Positions 63,625-64,000 of a DNA stretch of 64,000 nt are shown here, in pieces. Source of the DNA: Vicinamibacterales bacterium. Lineage in GTDB: Bacteria; Acidobacteriota; Vicinamibacteria; Vicinamibacterales; UBA8438. The translations under genes and the position numbers were made by a program. Under the pieces are notes generated by a model. It saw only the letters and a list, made by a program, of their open reading frames with translations. It ran no database searches and was not told the origin of the DNA. The stretch lies in assembly GCA_965229825.1 (NCBI GenBank), contig CBDDJQ010000013.1, positions 1,293,883 through 1,357,882 on the forward strand. The letters are read 5' to 3'. Positions within the stretch are counted from its first letter, which is position 1. The number at the start of each line of letters is the position of its first letter.

Positions 63625-64000
63625 ATGAGACTCGTCGCGATCGCCGTCGCCGCGCTGGTAATCCCGGCTGTGCTCCACGCGCAGCCCCGGCCTTCCCAAC
63701 TCCGCGGAGCCGCCGGGGTCGGCGTCTTCGTCGAGGACCCGGAGCACCTCGCGGTCTCTGCTACCGCAAGTACTTCGGCACCCGAGGCTGGGGCCTGGAG
63801 GGCGAGTACCTGCACCTGCGCCAGGACATCAGCCACTCGGACCGCTGGGCGGTCCTCCACTTGGTCAAGGACCTGACGAGCCCGGACCGGGAGGACGGGA
63901 CGTACTATGCGATCGTCGGCCTGTTCGTCGCCGGCTGGGGTGGTTACTCGGAAGCCTTCGGCGCCGGGTGGTACCCGTCGTTCGGGATCGGCGCGACGTC
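63625..64000 (+). CDS. hypothetical secreted or outer-membrane protein, partial at the window end, probably frame-broken
   Basis: MRLVAIAVAALVIPAVLHAQ signal in one frame (to about 63755). A second frame is open from about 63759 to the window end (YRKYFGTRGWGLEGEYLHLRQDISHSDRWAVLHLVKDL...YYAIVGLFVAGWGGYSEAFGAGWYPSFGIG) with beta-barrel-like alternation. Confidence 0.3.

Noticed and set aside
1-64000. rRNA genes, tRNA genes, CRISPR arrays, integrase/att sites, prophage modules, restriction-modification or other named defence systems
   Set aside because: I looked for regularly spaced short direct repeats, tRNA-like T-arm (GGTTCGAATCC-type) strings, and recombinase, terminase, methylase or helicase-like translations in all frames and found none. 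Absence is based on visual scanning only.

Overview
Very GC-rich bacterial chromosomal window with about 55 protein-coding genes or gene remnants. I saw no rRNA, tRNA or CRISPR array. Many long ORFs in the six-frame track are antisense or out-of-frame artefacts of the GC content and were discarded. The gene content is dominated by secreted or periplasmic proteins: beta-propellers, MBL-fold hydrolases, TonB-dependent receptors with CarboxypepD_reg-like N-termini, and PQQ-type dehydrogenases. This content suggests an Acidobacteriota-, Gemmatimonadota- or Planctomycetota-like organism, which is inference only. The most striking feature is a three-gene cassette that occurs three times as diverged paralogues (10002-4757 minus strand, 19975-25674, 39305-45040). 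Each copy encodes a large protein with two CXXCH motifs of the Planctomycete-type DUF1592/DUF1585-1588/DUF1595 family, a Tat-signal DUF1552 (HXXSHH) protein, and a signal-peptide ankyrin-repeat protein. The function of this module is unknown. A small accessory islet at 15.4-19.0 kb carries an Xre/DUF2384-RES toxin-antitoxin pair, an ISKra4-like IS with terminal inverted repeats and a 7-bp target duplication, a Uma2 endonuclease gene and a Uma2 remnant. Other genes include htpG, bfd and bfr next to a TonB-dependent receptor, an epoxide hydrolase, a dynamin-like GTPase, a nucleotidyltransferase with a small overlapping partner, and a PQQ alcohol dehydrogenase carrying the extra Asp typical of lanthanide enzymes. 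The 46.3-56.4 kb stretch is a rearrangement and decay hotspot. Two ~1.3-kb direct repeats (about 98.5 percent identical by eye), each carrying an NHL/PAL-like beta-propeller gene, bracket a compositionally different 6-kb segment. That segment holds a frameshifted SpoIIE phosphatase and a TonB-dependent receptor without its own stop codon. Around it lie gene fragments: a VOC/PhnB-like tail, a PQQ-dehydrogenase tail, FN3 repeats and a truncated response regulator. At least six single-nucleotide frame breaks occur in otherwise recognisable genes, so sequencing or assembly error must be considered alongside real pseudogenisation. A short REP-like hairpin family recurs in intergenic regions. All similarity statements come from reading the translations and recognising motifs; no database search was run.
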